Source of the DNA: a bacterium
Lineage (GTDB): Bacteria; Patescibacteriota; Microgenomatia; JAMCZE01
Assembly (NCBI GenBank): GCA_021836035.1
Contig: JAKBJL010000003.1
Coordinates: forward strand, 68,135-132,134
DNA: 64,000 nt
Reading direction: 5' to 3'
Positions 39,288 to 49,498 of the stretch are shown piece after piece (within the stretch, counting starts at the first letter, position 1; each line of letters starts with the position of its first letter). Made by a program: the position numbers and the translations under genes. The notes beneath the pieces were generated by a model. That model did not search any database, was not told where the DNA came from, and was given only the letters and a program-made list of their open reading frames with translations.

Positions 39288-39488
39288 ATGAAAAAACAAA
39301 CTTTTGCGATTAAGGGGATGCACTGCCCCAGTTGCGCGATGTTGATTGAGGGAAAGTTGGAAGCTAGAGGGGTCAAAGCGGTATGTAGCTTTCCTAAACA
39401 GACGGTAGAAGTCGAATTTGATCCGGAGAAAGTCAGTGTCGCGGAAATTAAAAAAACCCTCGCAGATTCCGGTTACGAAACAATATGA
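39288..39488 (+). CDS. copZ: Heavy-metal-associated (HMA) copper-chaperone-like protein
   Basis: GMHCPSC metal-binding motif and a ferredoxin-like length of 66 aa. Confidence 0.6.
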   Translation: MKKQTFAIKGMHCPSCAMLIEGKLEARGVKAVCSFPKQTVEVEFDPEKVSVAEIKKTLADSGYETI

Positions 39489-40030
39489 TTATCGGTTTAA
39501 CAGGAACCTTATCGTCGGGTAAAGACACCATTGCGGAATTTTTAGTCAAAAAGGGATTTAAGCATATTTCCACCGGAGATATTGTCAGGGAAGATTTACA
39601 GAAATCCGGAGCAGAAACCAATCGAGAAACGCTGCAGCAGCGGGCTAATGAGCTGCGGCGGCAATACGGACCGGATTATTTGGCTAAGTCGGCACTTTCC
39701 CGGGCCCGCAATAATGCCGTGATTTCGGGGCTCCGTACTACCAGCGAAGTGGAAGCTTTGCGCCAGGCGTCCGGCGACGGGTTTGTTCTGCTCGCGGTTG
39801 ACGCGCCGGCCGGTTTAAGGTACTCGCGGGCAAAAGCGCGGGGGCGGATCGGCGACGAAATTACCCTGGAAAAATTTCTTAACCAGGAGGCAAGAGAAAT
39901 GCACGGTACCAGTCCTTACGAGCAGCAATTAGGGCAGGTTATGGCCCAAGCTAATGTAACTATTGAAAACGAAGGTTCCCAAGAAGATCTTTACCGAAAA
40001 ATTGAGGAGTTATTAAAACAATATGCCTAG
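39485..40030 (+). CDS. P-loop nucleotide kinase (dephospho-CoA kinase / NMP-kinase-like)
   Basis: MIIGLTGTLSSGKDT Walker A with CoaE-like spacing. Overlaps the copZ stop. Confidence 0.5.
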   Translation: MIIGLTGTLSSGKDTIAEFLVKKGFKHISTGDIVREDLQKSGAETNRETLQQRANELRRQYGPDYLAKSALSRARNNAVISGLRTTSEVEALRQASGDGFVLLAVDAPAGLRYSRAKARGRIGDEITLEKFLNQEAREMHGTSPYEQQLGQVMAQANVTIENEGSQEDLYRKIEELLKQYA

Positions 40031-40662
40031 CTCTCAAGGATACCGTGGCGATAAGCGTCCCCAATAAAACCGGGCGCATTGTTAATTAGAGCCAAATCAT
40101 TAACCAATTCCCCCATCTCATTTTCGGTAACTAATCCCACATGGGAGGGGGTTAGGTCATTTTTGCCGCCGTTTTCCTGCTGGGCGGTGATACCTACCAA
40201 AGCCAAGCCGGTTTTTCCCGGTTGCGGCGTTAACCATGTGACAATCAACCGAAGATATTCCGGCTCTCGATATAAATCTTGCCATGGATTCTCGGTAGGT
40301 AGGAAAAGGTTCTTACCTTCTGATTCAAAAGTGACACTGCGTTTTTTATCTTGCCGAAAGGACCATTGGTGCATTAAGGCTAAATCTTTTTGCCAAAGTT
40401 TCGCCAGGCGCTCCGTAAGAGGCGGCAATTGGCCCTCTTTCTTAATAATGTCAATTGTTTCCGTAAGCTTTATTCTTAGATCAGTCAGGGATAGTATCTC
40501 TTTCGTAAAGTCATCATTAAGATCCCATCCGGTGCGAATTAATTTGATAGAATAGCCCCTGGGGGGCAGTCTTCTTAAAGCATCATCAAATCCGGAGATA
40601 GGCTGTCCAAAAACTATTGGCGGTAGGGTTACTGGTGGTATTATTTCGGTACTTTGACCCAT
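40027..40662 (-). CDS. Hypothetical protein (211 aa)
   Basis: Open frame, convergent with the upstream operon. No motif assigned with confidence. Confidence 0.3.
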   Translation of the reverse strand: MGQSTEIIPPVTLPPIVFGQPISGFDDALRRLPPRGYSIKLIRTGWDLNDDFTKEILSLTDLRIKLTETIDIIKKEGQLPPLTERLAKLWQKDLALMHQWSFRQDKKRSVTFESEGKNLFLPTENPWQDLYREPEYLRLIVTWLTPQPGKTGLALVGITAQQENGGKNDLTPSHVGLVTENEMGELVNDLALINNAPGFIGDAYRHGILES

Positions 40663-40713
40663 CGGATGAGACTAACAAACTCGGGGGCAGGTTACAAGTA
40701 ATTGGAAATAGAT

Positions 40714-41190
40714 CTAAATATCACTGTCACTTCCCAAGCCTACTTCCGGGTATTCGCGCATATAAATCCCGACCAGTTCCGCCCGGGCGATTACGAGAGG
40801 GCTCATAGCGGTTTCGATTTCGTCGCGGGTGTCGCCGGAATTCATATCCAATTCACCGCTTAATGCGAAAAGCTGAAAACGATAATGATGTAAACCTTCG
40901 GGCGGACAAGGGGGAATAAAACCTAGAGTTCCGGTACTGTTTTGTCCTTCGATAGCACCTTTGGGTACCTGCCGTTCCCGGATCATCGTTGTTTGCGGAT
41001 CAATGTTTGCGACTACCCAATGGGTAAAGAGTCCTATCGGAGCGTCGGGGTCGTCCACAATAAGCGCCAGGCTTTTAGTATTTTCCGGAATATCGGCAAA
41101 TTCCAAAGGGGGATTGATCCCGTCACCATCGCAGGTATATTGGGGTGGAATAGATTCATAATTTTCAAAGGCGGGGCTGCTTATTTGCAT
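40714..41190 (-). CDS. YbhB/YbcL (PEBP, Raf-kinase-inhibitor-like) family protein
   Basis: LALIVDDPDAP...THWV motif and PEBP-family length. Confidence 0.6.
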   Translation of the reverse strand: MQISSPAFENYESIPPQYTCDGDGINPPLEFADIPENTKSLALIVDDPDAPIGLFTHWVVANIDPQTTMIRERQVPKGAIEGQNSTGTLGFIPPCPPEGLHHYRFQLFALSGELDMNSGDTRDEIETAMSPLVIARAELVGIYMREYPEVGLGSDSDI

Positions 41191-41360
41191 GAGGGTAATG
41201 TAGACCGGGACGGTTAAAATAGTTTCGCAAAGTCGGTATTAATATTGTATGGCGAAGTTAATTTGTCTATCAAAAAATACCTCTTTCTACCCTCATACCT
41301 TACTCCAATTCAGTTCCTAAGCTCAAGGGATAGATTTTCTCCGGAAAGGTGGTGAATTAA

Positions 41361-41669
41361 ATGGCCGGAGAGTCTAAAGTAACGACGGATCATGAGGAGA
41401 TTAAAAAGTGGGCAGAAGAAAGAAGGGGTGTCCCGGTATTGGATAAAGAAGCAGAAACCGGGAAAGGGAAAATCGGCACCTTACAAATATGCTTTCCCGA
41501 TTATAATGTTGCCGGGAAAAATAAGTTAGAGGAGATTTCTTGGGAAGAATTTTTTGAAACTTTCGATGACAATGGGTTATTATTTGTATATCGTGACCTG
41601 ACCAGCGACGGTGAGCGGAGCCGCTTTTTTAAGCTTATCCGCCTGGAATGGGTGCCTTATGATGTTTAA
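41361..41669 (+). CDS. Hypothetical protein (102 aa)
   Basis: Open frame upstream of and overlapping the phosphoribosyltransferase gene. Confidence 0.3.
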   Translation: MAGESKVTTDHEEIKKWAEERRGVPVLDKEAETGKGKIGTLQICFPDYNVAGKNKLEEISWEEFFETFDDNGLLFVYRDLTSDGERSRFFKLIRLEWVPYDV

Positions 41670-42303
41670 AGACCGGCGCAGCGCCGGAATCCGCCTGGCC
41701 CAACTTTTGCTTCCTTTTAAGGACTGCCGTCCGGTAATTTTAGCTCTGCCCCGGGGGGGAGTTCCCGTAGCCTATGAAGTTGCCCAAGCTTTGCAGGTGC
41801 CCCTGCAGGTTTTTGTTGTCCGCAAGATTGGAGCACCCGGACATGAAGAATTAGGAATCGGAGCGTTGGCGGAGGGAGGCATAAAGATTTTGGATGAACA
41901 GCTGATTAATCATCTGGCTGTTACTCCGGACGAGCTTAAGAATACTATCAATAGAGAGGGCCGGGAGTTGAAGCGGCGGGTAAAAGATTATCGCGGAAAG
42001 AATTTTACGCTCGATTTGCAGGGACGAACGGTGATTATTATTGACGACGGATTAGCGACCGGATTTAGTGCCAGGGCAGCGTTAGAAGCCGTTAGGAGGA
42101 AACAACCCGCCGAAATAATTTTAGCCTCTCCGGTTTGTCCCCGGGATACGGCGGAAACTTTAAGCCGACTTACCGATAGGGTGGTTTGCCTTGCCGAATC
42201 TTCGGAATTCGCTTCCGTCGGTTCCTGGTATGAAGATTTTTCCCAGGTTACGGATGAAGAAGTCAAAAAGGATATCGTGAAAAGCAGGTTAGCTGAGGGT
42301 TAA
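41662..42303 (+). CDS. Phosphoribosyltransferase-family protein
   Basis: PRPP-binding motif VIIIDDGLATGFS. Start taken at MMFKDRR. Confidence 0.5.
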   Translation: MFKDRRSAGIRLAQLLLPFKDCRPVILALPRGGVPVAYEVAQALQVPLQVFVVRKIGAPGHEELGIGALAEGGIKILDEQLINHLAVTPDELKNTINREGRELKRRVKDYRGKNFTLDLQGRTVIIIDDGLATGFSARAALEAVRRKQPAEIILASPVCPRDTAETLSRLTDRVVCLAESSEFASVGSWYEDFSQVTDEEVKKDIVKSRLAEG

Positions 42304-42408
42304 TAAGCAAGGCCTAAAGGAACTACTAAATGTTAAACTGCCACGTTTCCCTATAGTACGTAGATTAGGAAATATAGTAATGGTAAATTTAGCGATTTTT
42401 ATTTCAAT

Positions 42409-43689
42409 TTACTTATGCAGGAAGAGGACGACGTTAGGGAGATTGCGGCCGGGGCCGGTTTTGTAGCCCCCGGACCAGAGTGCGGTTGATCCGCCGTCGT
42501 CAAGATTGAGTGCGTTGGCTAATCCTAAGGCTGCAAGCGTCGCCGCTGATTCCGCCATGGTACAGTTATAAACCACGCCGATATAAACCGTATTACCGCC
42601 GCCGGCAACAAAAGCACGGTTGCCTTTTGCGGTAAATTTCGGATCATCGCTTCCGCCGAAGATATTTTTCCCGTCGCGGACCAGGAGAGGAAAATTGGAA
42701 ATGACGGCGTCCACTCCGGTATCGCGTCCCCAGTCGGAAGCGTGTTCCATAAAACGGACGGTATTCCCGTAAAAGGCTACCGCGGGATTATTACTATAAA
42801 CGTTGTTGTCGGAATTAAGGTATTTCTTATTTTTATTCATTACGAGAAGATCAAAAGAATTAGTTTTTCCCGCGCAGGAGGGATAAGTTGCTGGACAAAA
42901 ATAGGTACCGTTAACGCCGGCGAACGCTCCGCTCCGGCTGACATAGTCCGCTAAGGCCAAAACCGGACAATCGTTGCGGCAATCACTGTCGGAAGCGGTA
43001 TCGACAGCTACCCGGGTAGAGTTTAGATCAGCGGCAATAATATCGACGGTAAAGCTCCCTTTATCGCTTTGTACTGACTGCCGTCGGTAGCCGGAAACGG
43101 GAGGGGTATTTTCCCGGGGGAGATTAACTGCGGGTACTGCCGCGGCTGTAATTTTAGCCTTTTCTTGACTGATAAAATCCGTCATTTCGCGGATTTTCGT
43201 ATCGGCTTCGGCATACCTTTGGTTAGCCAACAGCTGCAGCGATTCGGCAAATAGTTTATCGGCCCGACCGGTGTTCGAGGAATTTATTTTCAGGTCCGCC
43301 AATTGCTCATAAGCAGACGCCGCTTGCTTGTAGGTCGTTTCAATATTTTTAATTTTTTCTTGCTGTTCCTGGTTGATCTTATATTGGTCTTCATTTTGTA
43401 GAAGAGATAGTTCGCTTCGGGCTTTTTCCAAATCTTTTTGCAGATTGGTTTTAGCAATCGTATTTTGCTGCGTCTGAGATTGGAGAAGTAAAATTTGATA
43501 AACAAGAAAACCGGAAGCGGCTACCGTAAAAAGAATTAGGAGAACAGCCACTGCGGTGATATAAATTTTGCCGCGGGGCAGATGGGCAAGTTGGGGCAAT
43601 TTCACTGCCAACATTTTAGCACTTTTCGTTGGCTTCTTGCCCTTCACATACATCTTTATATTTTGATATATACCTGCAAAAAGTAGCAT
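42409..43689 (-). CDS. Membrane-anchored phosphodiester-glycosidase-family (DUF2233/NAGPA-like) protein
   Basis: N-terminal TM, a long coiled-coil (QNEDQYKINQEQQEKIKNIETTYKQ) and a C-terminal domain with NLDDGGSTALW. Confidence 0.5.
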   Translation of the reverse strand: MLLFAGIYQNIKMYVKGKKPTKSAKMLAVKLPQLAHLPRGKIYITAVAVLLILFTVAASGFLVYQILLLQSQTQQNTIAKTNLQKDLEKARSELSLLQNEDQYKINQEQQEKIKNIETTYKQAASAYEQLADLKINSSNTGRADKLFAESLQLLANQRYAEADTKIREMTDFISQEKAKITAAAVPAVNLPRENTPPVSGYRRQSVQSDKGSFTVDIIAADLNSTRVAVDTASDSDCRNDCPVLALADYVSRSGAFAGVNGTYFCPATYPSCAGKTNSFDLLVMNKNKKYLNSDNNVYSNNPAVAFYGNTVRFMEHASDWGRDTGVDAVISNFPLLVRDGKNIFGGSDDPKFTAKGNRAFVAGGGNTVYIGVVYNCTMAESAATLAALGLANALNLDDGGSTALWSGGYKTGPGRNLPNVVLFLHK

Positions 43690-43712
43690 CGGCGGCAGGG
43701 AGGTGAGGAATT

Positions 43713-43901
43713 ATGGCAGATAAAGACGGAAACCAAAAATCCGCAAAAGATGCAGCTTTTGGCTGTCCTGTTTGCGGATTTACCAGCGATTCGGCGGAAG
43801 AAATTCGCAAGCATATGGAAAAGATGGCTGACGATCCCGCGCATCAGGAATATGAAATGAAAGAGGAAACGGAAGAGGAAAATGTAGGCAAACCGGTTTA
43901 A
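43713..43901 (+). CDS. Small zinc-ribbon protein with an acidic tail
   Basis: CPVCGF...HMEK motif; 62 aa. Confidence 0.35.
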   Translation: MADKDGNQKSAKDAAFGCPVCGFTSDSAEEIRKHMEKMADDPAHQEYEMKEETEEENVGKPV

Positions 43902-43971
43902 AGGCCAGCCGCAGTACCAAAGCGTAGGATAAGGATTAATCTTAAACCGCCCATGCGTTAAAATAGACGTC

Positions 43972-44901
43972 ATGGGTGATTTTTTCCTGGGGCTTTTTTC
44001 CTCTGTCGTTTTGTTAGTTAATCAAGTAGTTCCCTTAAATTCCCACCCCCGATTTTTTTCTCCCGTTCCGGAAAACTATGTACCCCGTCCGCAGTCTCCG
44101 GTAGCAAACCTTCTGACCTTGGCCCAACGGCGGAGTGCGAATTCGGAAGTGTTGGGCAAACTAATCAGCACTTCACTTGCAGGAACTAAAGGGGAATATG
44201 CCCTGGTAATTAAAAATTTTGCAACCGGGGAAAAATATGCCCTAAACGATCATGAGCCAATGAACGCCGCCAGCCTTTATAAGGTTTGGGTAATGACGGC
44301 GGTTTACGAGAAAATCAAAAGCGGAGAGCTCCCCGAGGATAAAGTTTTATCGGCGGGGATTCCGGAATTGAACCGTTATTTCGGTCTCAGCGACGAGGAG
44401 GCGGGATTAACTGAGGGAGGGATTACTTTAACGGTCACGCAAGCTTTAAACCAAATGATTACCATTTCCCATAATTATGCGGCGATGCTTTTGGTCAAGG
44501 AAATAGGCGGCTCCGGGGTTATCGAAAATTTACTGGACCGTTACGGTTTGAAAGAATCCAGTTTTCGTGGGACGCCGAAAACTACCGCGGCGGATATGGC
44601 CCTCTACTTTGAAAAACTTTACCATAATGAACTAATTGACGAGGGGTATTCCCGTAAAATGAAGGACCTGCTTTCGCGCAACCAGTTAAATGAGGGACTG
44701 CCGAAATATCTGCCCGGAGGGGTAATGATTTCCCATAAAACCGGGGAGCTTGGGACATTTAAACACGACGCGGGGATTGTTTCCACACCTAATGAGGATT
44801 ATATGATTATCGTTATGACCAATACCTGGTCGGCGTACGGAGCGGAAGAGAGAACGGCGCAGCTATCCCGGGATATTTATAACTATTTTGACCGGCCGTA
44901 G
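43972..44901 (+). CDS. Class A beta-lactamase-fold serine hydrolase
   Basis: N-terminal signal-like segment. SxxK (ASLYKV), SxN (ISHNY) and KTG (HKTGE) motifs. Confidence 0.55.
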   Translation: MGDFFLGLFSSVVLLVNQVVPLNSHPRFFSPVPENYVPRPQSPVANLLTLAQRRSANSEVLGKLISTSLAGTKGEYALVIKNFATGEKYALNDHEPMNAASLYKVWVMTAVYEKIKSGELPEDKVLSAGIPELNRYFGLSDEEAGLTEGGITLTVTQALNQMITISHNYAAMLLVKEIGGSGVIENLLDRYGLKESSFRGTPKTTAADMALYFEKLYHNELIDEGYSRKMKDLLSRNQLNEGLPKYLPGGVMISHKTGELGTFKHDAGIVSTPNEDYMIIVMTNTWSAYGAEERTAQLSRDIYNYFDRP

Positions 44902-45295
44902 ATTACGGGACTTTTTACAATATTTAAAGACTCCTTCAAATATCGGCCAATTTATATCATGGTATTTAGCTCCCGGAATATCGTTACCAATGCTGGGACT
45001 AGCCATGTCGAAAACATCAGCATGAGTTTCTCCTTTAGCTGCCTCTCTTAATAAAAGCGTTTTAATTCCTGTCGTAATTTGCCTTATTTCCAGCCGGTCC
45101 AATTTAGCCCGTTTTCTTTCCCGCGCAGCTTGCCTTCGCCGTTCCAGTCGGTCAGATTTTTGTTCAGTCTTCCGGCTTATTTTATTTAATTTCTCCAGCA
45201 TTATAGGCCGAGTATGGCATAATTGGTTGTCGGGACAAGGTGGGGGATTCGGAAAGTAGAGGGAAAATTCGGTAGAACCGTTTATAATAAGTGAA

Positions 45296-45751
45296 ATGGC
45301 GGTGGAGCGATACCGGAGGGAGTTAACGAGGGCTATGGAGGAAGAAATCCTTTCCGGTGTTATGGAAAAGGAAGGATTTGCCGAAAGTTATCGATTTTAT
45401 AGTATTCATACTTATTCCGCCACGGGTATAGAAACCGGATATCTAAAATCCTTCTTTAAAATAATCCGGGTACTACCGCCGTTTAGCAACAACTTTGTAG
45501 AAAAGGAAAGATTTGTCCGGCTAGGGGATATTAAAGTGGAAAAAGCTTTCCGGCGGCAGGGATTGGCGACGAAAATGATCGGGGAAATGGAAAGAGTCGC
45601 CCGGAACTTCCGGGCCTCTCGGATTGAGGGTCAGATAACTCCGGGCGACAGATGGTTAAATCCCTGGCTCCCGGAGATGTATCGTAAATTAGGCTTTCGG
45701 GTTGAAGAAGCCCGGGGCGCCTGGCCAATTATTAAACCCCTGGAGGAATAA
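45296..45751 (+). CDS. GNAT-family N-acetyltransferase
   Basis: Acetyl-CoA binding motif RRQGLATKMIGEME. Confidence 0.55.
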   Translation: MAVERYRRELTRAMEEEILSGVMEKEGFAESYRFYSIHTYSATGIETGYLKSFFKIIRVLPPFSNNFVEKERFVRLGDIKVEKAFRRQGLATKMIGEMERVARNFRASRIEGQITPGDRWLNPWLPEMYRKLGFRVEEARGAWPIIKPLEE

Positions 45752-45851
45752 TAATTTTTCCTCCCCGAAATTAATTTTACCCGGAGAGTGATAATATTTC
45801 CCATTTTTAATTTAAGGAGAGTTTTCGGAAACAAAAAGCTATAATAGAAAT

Positions 45852-46160
45852 ATGGACGCTAATCAAACCGTGGTTACGGAAAGTCCTCGGGAGGACCGGT
45901 TAGGGAAAAACCGGACAATTTATGACGCCGGAGCGGGAGAAATATTCTGGAAGAATTTCCTCGCCGGGATATCGCGGGGGATCGGCTCGGTATTTATTTA
46001 TCTTCTAGTTCTTCTCGGCTCGACGATCCTTTTTTACCATTTGTTCTGGCCGAAAATCGCCCCGTTATTAAATACCATTAATAATCTTAACGGTTTAATG
46101 CAGAACGGACAAAACACCCAGCAGAACTTACAAAACTCCCTCAACATTCTTAAACCCTAG
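45852..46160 (+). CDS. Small membrane protein (102 aa)
   Basis: One or two TM helices and a Q/N-rich tail. Confidence 0.3.
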   Translation: MDANQTVVTESPREDRLGKNRTIYDAGAGEIFWKNFLAGISRGIGSVFIYLLVLLGSTILFYHLFWPKIAPLLNTINNLNGLMQNGQNTQQNLQNSLNILKP

Positions 46161-46216
46161 AAAAGTCTTCGGTATTCCTTCTTGCGAATTTATTAGGAAA
46201 AATTTAATAATAGGAG

Positions 46217-46627
46217 TTGATGGGCAGCCAGGAATTTTTAATTAAGCTAAAAGAGATACATGGCCATAAAAAAAACTCTCCACCCCCTAAAAGTCGATTT
46301 TGTATTAATCCCTCCGCGGGAGAAATTTATCTAGCTCAAGACCTCTCTTCGGCCCCAAATTCATCGCCGTCCCGTAATATTGTTGGCAGATACATTGAGG
46401 AACAACTTTGGCGCTTTGAAGAGGAAGAGGAAAGAAAAAACGCGGAAATTACTTTAACGGCGCAGGAGAGTGAGGATGAAGATACAAACGAAGAGCGGGA
46501 GTGCCGGCGAAATAAATACCCCGAAAAATTTTTTCGTTCACCGCGCCATAAAGAAAAACAGGCCCTCAATAGCGAAATTAAAAAATTAGGCCGTAGACAC
46601 CGGGTTAATATCACGGCGGAGTATTAA
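46217..46627 (+). CDS. Hypothetical highly charged protein (136 aa)
   Basis: Open frame, E/K/R-rich, no domain recognised. Confidence 0.3.
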   Translation: MMGSQEFLIKLKEIHGHKKNSPPPKSRFCINPSAGEIYLAQDLSSAPNSSPSRNIVGRYIEEQLWRFEEEEERKNAEITLTAQESEDEDTNEERECRRNKYPEKFFRSPRHKEKQALNSEIKKLGRRHRVNITAEY

Positions 46628-46652
46628 GAGGATACGGAAACCGCGGGAGGGG

Positions 46653-47810
46653 TTAAGGGTTAGCGGGGAAAGAACCGTCAGGGTTGGGGCGTAAGACGAG
46701 AACGGAACCGTCACCGGACCAGGAAATCAACTGCTCGGAATTAATTGTCACTACAGTTCGGCCGCCGGAGCACTTATCTACCGGCAAAAATTCTAAAACA
46801 ACCTTTTCGCCGTTTTTGCTGTTCCAAAGGACCAGGTCCTGAGTTTTGTCGATTACCCAAAAATTGCCGGAAGTTTCCCGGGTATGCATACCGGCTAATT
46901 CATCAACGGTTTTCTTATTTTGTTCATAACCGCCTTTTTCCGATGCCAAAACTTTGGCCCAAGCGTCGGGAGTATAAGCCTGAATGACGTCTTCCCCTAA
47001 GTTTTGAACTTCAACCAAGGGAGAGGTGCAGGGATTAACCGGAGTCAGGGTTTCCTTGTGAACCGGTACGGGCGGTGTAGGTGAGGGATAGACCGGTGGC
47101 GTTTCCGGCGGATTGGTCGGCGTCGCGGTTACACCGGGAATAGGCGTTTCCGTACCGCGCTGTAGGGTCGGAGTTACCTCCGGGGTCTCGGTAGGAACCT
47201 CGGTCGGCGAAATAGTTGGTGTTTCTTTCGGTGGTTGGGTTGGTGTTTCCGAAGGAAGTTTTTTTACGCAACCATTGCCGTTATTATCGTCAATGGCACC
47301 GACGGCTCTATCCCAGGGATTGCCGCAGCCATTATTTCCGTCTACGGAGCCGCCGTCATTTTTACCGTTGCCGTTAGGATCGGCGTTGTTGCGGTCGTTA
47401 TCCGTACGGCCATTGCTATTGCCGGGATTAGCGGTTGCCATCGGATCTATCGCTTCGGATTTTGCCGAGGAGGGATTTACCCGGTTAGAAGGCTTTTCGG
47501 AATTATTATTTCCACCCGCAAAATTATTATTAACGGGATTATTTTTTTCGGGAACTGATGGCGCAACCGGGGGAACGGGACTAGCGGGTCGACTTTCCGA
47601 GGTAGCAGCGGCCGGAGGATTATAAACCTCGGTTTTTTTCTGTGGTTGCGGGGTTTTAGTTGCTGGCTTTTCCGCAATTGCCGACGGAGCGTCTATAAGG
47701 TTGATCGAGCTAAAAACCAGGAGTGCAGCAAAAATCTTACCGCGGTTATGAATAAGAGCTTCCTTGGCGCCTTTCCAGGTTTTACTTGCAAATACTTCAG
47801 ATTTGACCAT
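46653..47810 (-). CDS. Secreted protein with a long Pro/Thr/Asn/Gly-rich low-complexity linker and a C-terminal globular domain
   Basis: Signal-peptide-like N-terminus. The repetitive PT-rich DNA gives overlapping ORFs in several frames (47035..47677). Confidence 0.45.
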   Translation of the reverse strand: MVKSEVFASKTWKGAKEALIHNRGKIFAALLVFSSINLIDAPSAIAEKPATKTPQPQKKTEVYNPPAAATSESRPASPVPPVAPSVPEKNNPVNNNFAGGNNNSEKPSNRVNPSSAKSEAIDPMATANPGNSNGRTDNDRNNADPNGNGKNDGGSVDGNNGCGNPWDRAVGAIDDNNGNGCVKKLPSETPTQPPKETPTISPTEVPTETPEVTPTLQRGTETPIPGVTATPTNPPETPPVYPSPTPPVPVHKETLTPVNPCTSPLVEVQNLGEDVIQAYTPDAWAKVLASEKGGYEQNKKTVDELAGMHTRETSGNFWVIDKTQDLVLWNSKNGEKVVLEFLPVDKCSGGRTVVTINSEQLISWSGDGSVLVLRPNPDGSFPANP

Positions 47811-48128
47811 GCGTTACCGATTTTACATGTCTTTGCGCATAGAAGCAAGTCGGGAATGGTAGAAATTTTTAGATTGGTTTGCCGGGGGTGCGGTCGGGCA
47901 AGCGGAATTTTTTGAGAATAATTTCCCTGTGCTGGTGGGGAACGGTGACGGCCCGGGCTGACAGGATTTTGCTGACATAAACACCTGAAAGAAAAGCCAG
48001 CGAAAACAACGCGATCCGCCGAAGGGTAATTCTTTTTTTGCTTTTTTCGGACCCGGCCTGTGTTTCCTGTTCACGATTGTTCATAGCAAGGGATTTTAAT
48101 ACGATCCGTCAATTTTGTCACGGGGGGT

Positions 48129-48770
48129 TTATTTCGTAAGACAAGCGAGGACGACAATGCCGTAGCGGGAATCTTTTTTGCCAACTAAAACAAGTTCCTG
48201 CAGTTGTTGCCAATCGGTTATTTCCTCTATAACTTCCTTATGGGAAAAAGCCTCTTCAGCCTCAGCGTCGTTAATAATTTCTTTGTTTAGAAGCAGATTG
48301 AGATAATCTCCGGCGTTTCCCTGGTAGTTAGTAATAGTCATACAAAGGGAGCGGAGGAATAAGCGACGGGTTTCTGGGCGCCGGGCGGCTTCCTCAATAT
48401 CTACTTTTCCCAGGACATTTTTTTGTTCGGGACTTAAAAGCTCGTATTTTGCTTTTTTCATAAAAGAAATACTGGCAACGGGAGAGGAAAGAATCATCGC
48501 GGGGTAATATTGCTGCAGGTCTTCCAAGGCCGTATCGGTATCCAGCCAACCGTCTGTGGCCAGCTGAATCCACGGGGTCTTTTCGAGGGAAGAATGCGTT
48601 ACATGGGTAATAAATAAAGGGAAGCGCTTGTTTCCTTCCGCGAATTTTCCCATTGCGTAACCCGTTGTAAATTGGCGGTAATAGTCCCTTTCCTGACGGA
48701 CGGTAGTAAGTTTGGTAGCCAAGTTGACCGGTATTAAATGTCCTTCAGCAAATTTCAGCTCGCGTTCCAT
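48129..48770 (-). CDS. Hypothetical protein (213 aa)
   Basis: Open frame with good coding character; no motif recognised. Confidence 0.35.
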   Translation of the reverse strand: MERELKFAEGHLIPVNLATKLTTVRQERDYYRQFTTGYAMGKFAEGNKRFPLFITHVTHSSLEKTPWIQLATDGWLDTDTALEDLQQYYPAMILSSPVASISFMKKAKYELLSPEQKNVLGKVDIEEAARRPETRRLFLRSLCMTITNYQGNAGDYLNLLLNKEIINDAEAEEAFSHKEVIEEITDWQQLQELVLVGKKDSRYGIVVLACLTK

Positions 48771-48927
48771 ATCCGGATTTAACTATAGGAGATCCGGTTA
48801 GTCAAGAAGAAATTGAGAAATGAGAAATTAAATTACGAAATTTTACAGTAGAAGGGAACTCATCATACTAGAAATTTGCCAATTTAGGGAGATTGGTCCA
48901 CAATACGTTAATAGACTACGGGATAGC

Positions 48928-49410
48928 ATGACGACGAAAATTAAAGGTATTGAGTGCGAACCCACCTGGCGGGGAAGGTTTAGAGATATTTTAGGGGACA
49001 TTGCAGGCTCTTCGGAGGGCAACCACAAATTAAAGCCGGTAGATATGACAATTGACTACCGGAATGCTAAGGGGAGAAGACCGACGGTACCCGACGCCTT
49101 AGCGGAGGCAACCTCCGTTCGTTCCTGGCACGAAATTTACGCGCGCAAAGTACGGGAATGGGCTCGGCCGAAAATCGCCAGAATTCAGTTGGGGGAATTT
49201 AGGGAAGAAGCGATTATCGTCGAGGACGACCGTAATTTCGCTAACGTTTATCACCCGGATAAGATACATGTTTCCGTAAACGGGATAGTAAAGACAGAGC
49301 CGCGGGTGAAGATTATTGTGGGGGAGATCGCGGAAGCAAAAGTTGTCGGCCACGAACATTTGGGAAAAGTGACGGTAGAATTTGTTAAAAGTAGAAGGAA
49401 AAATAAATAA
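48928..49410 (+). CDS. Hypothetical protein (160 aa)
   Basis: Open frame divergent from 48129..48770; no motif recognised. Confidence 0.35.
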   Translation: MTTKIKGIECEPTWRGRFRDILGDIAGSSEGNHKLKPVDMTIDYRNAKGRRPTVPDALAEATSVRSWHEIYARKVREWARPKIARIQLGEFREEAIIVEDDRNFANVYHPDKIHVSVNGIVKTEPRVKIIVGEIAEAKVVGHEHLGKVTVEFVKSRRKNK

Positions 49411-49498
49411 TTCAGTAAACCAGTAAATCAGTAAAACAATAAATTAGTACTAAGAAGCAATAAACATTAAAGCAAAAAAAATTAAATATTTAATAACT

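Noticed and set aside
40027-40662. Family-4 uracil-DNA glycosylase assignment for the 211-aa ORF (TPSHVG, LALVG segments)
   Set aside because: The motifs are in the wrong order and spacing relative to UDG motifs A and B. Left as hypothetical.
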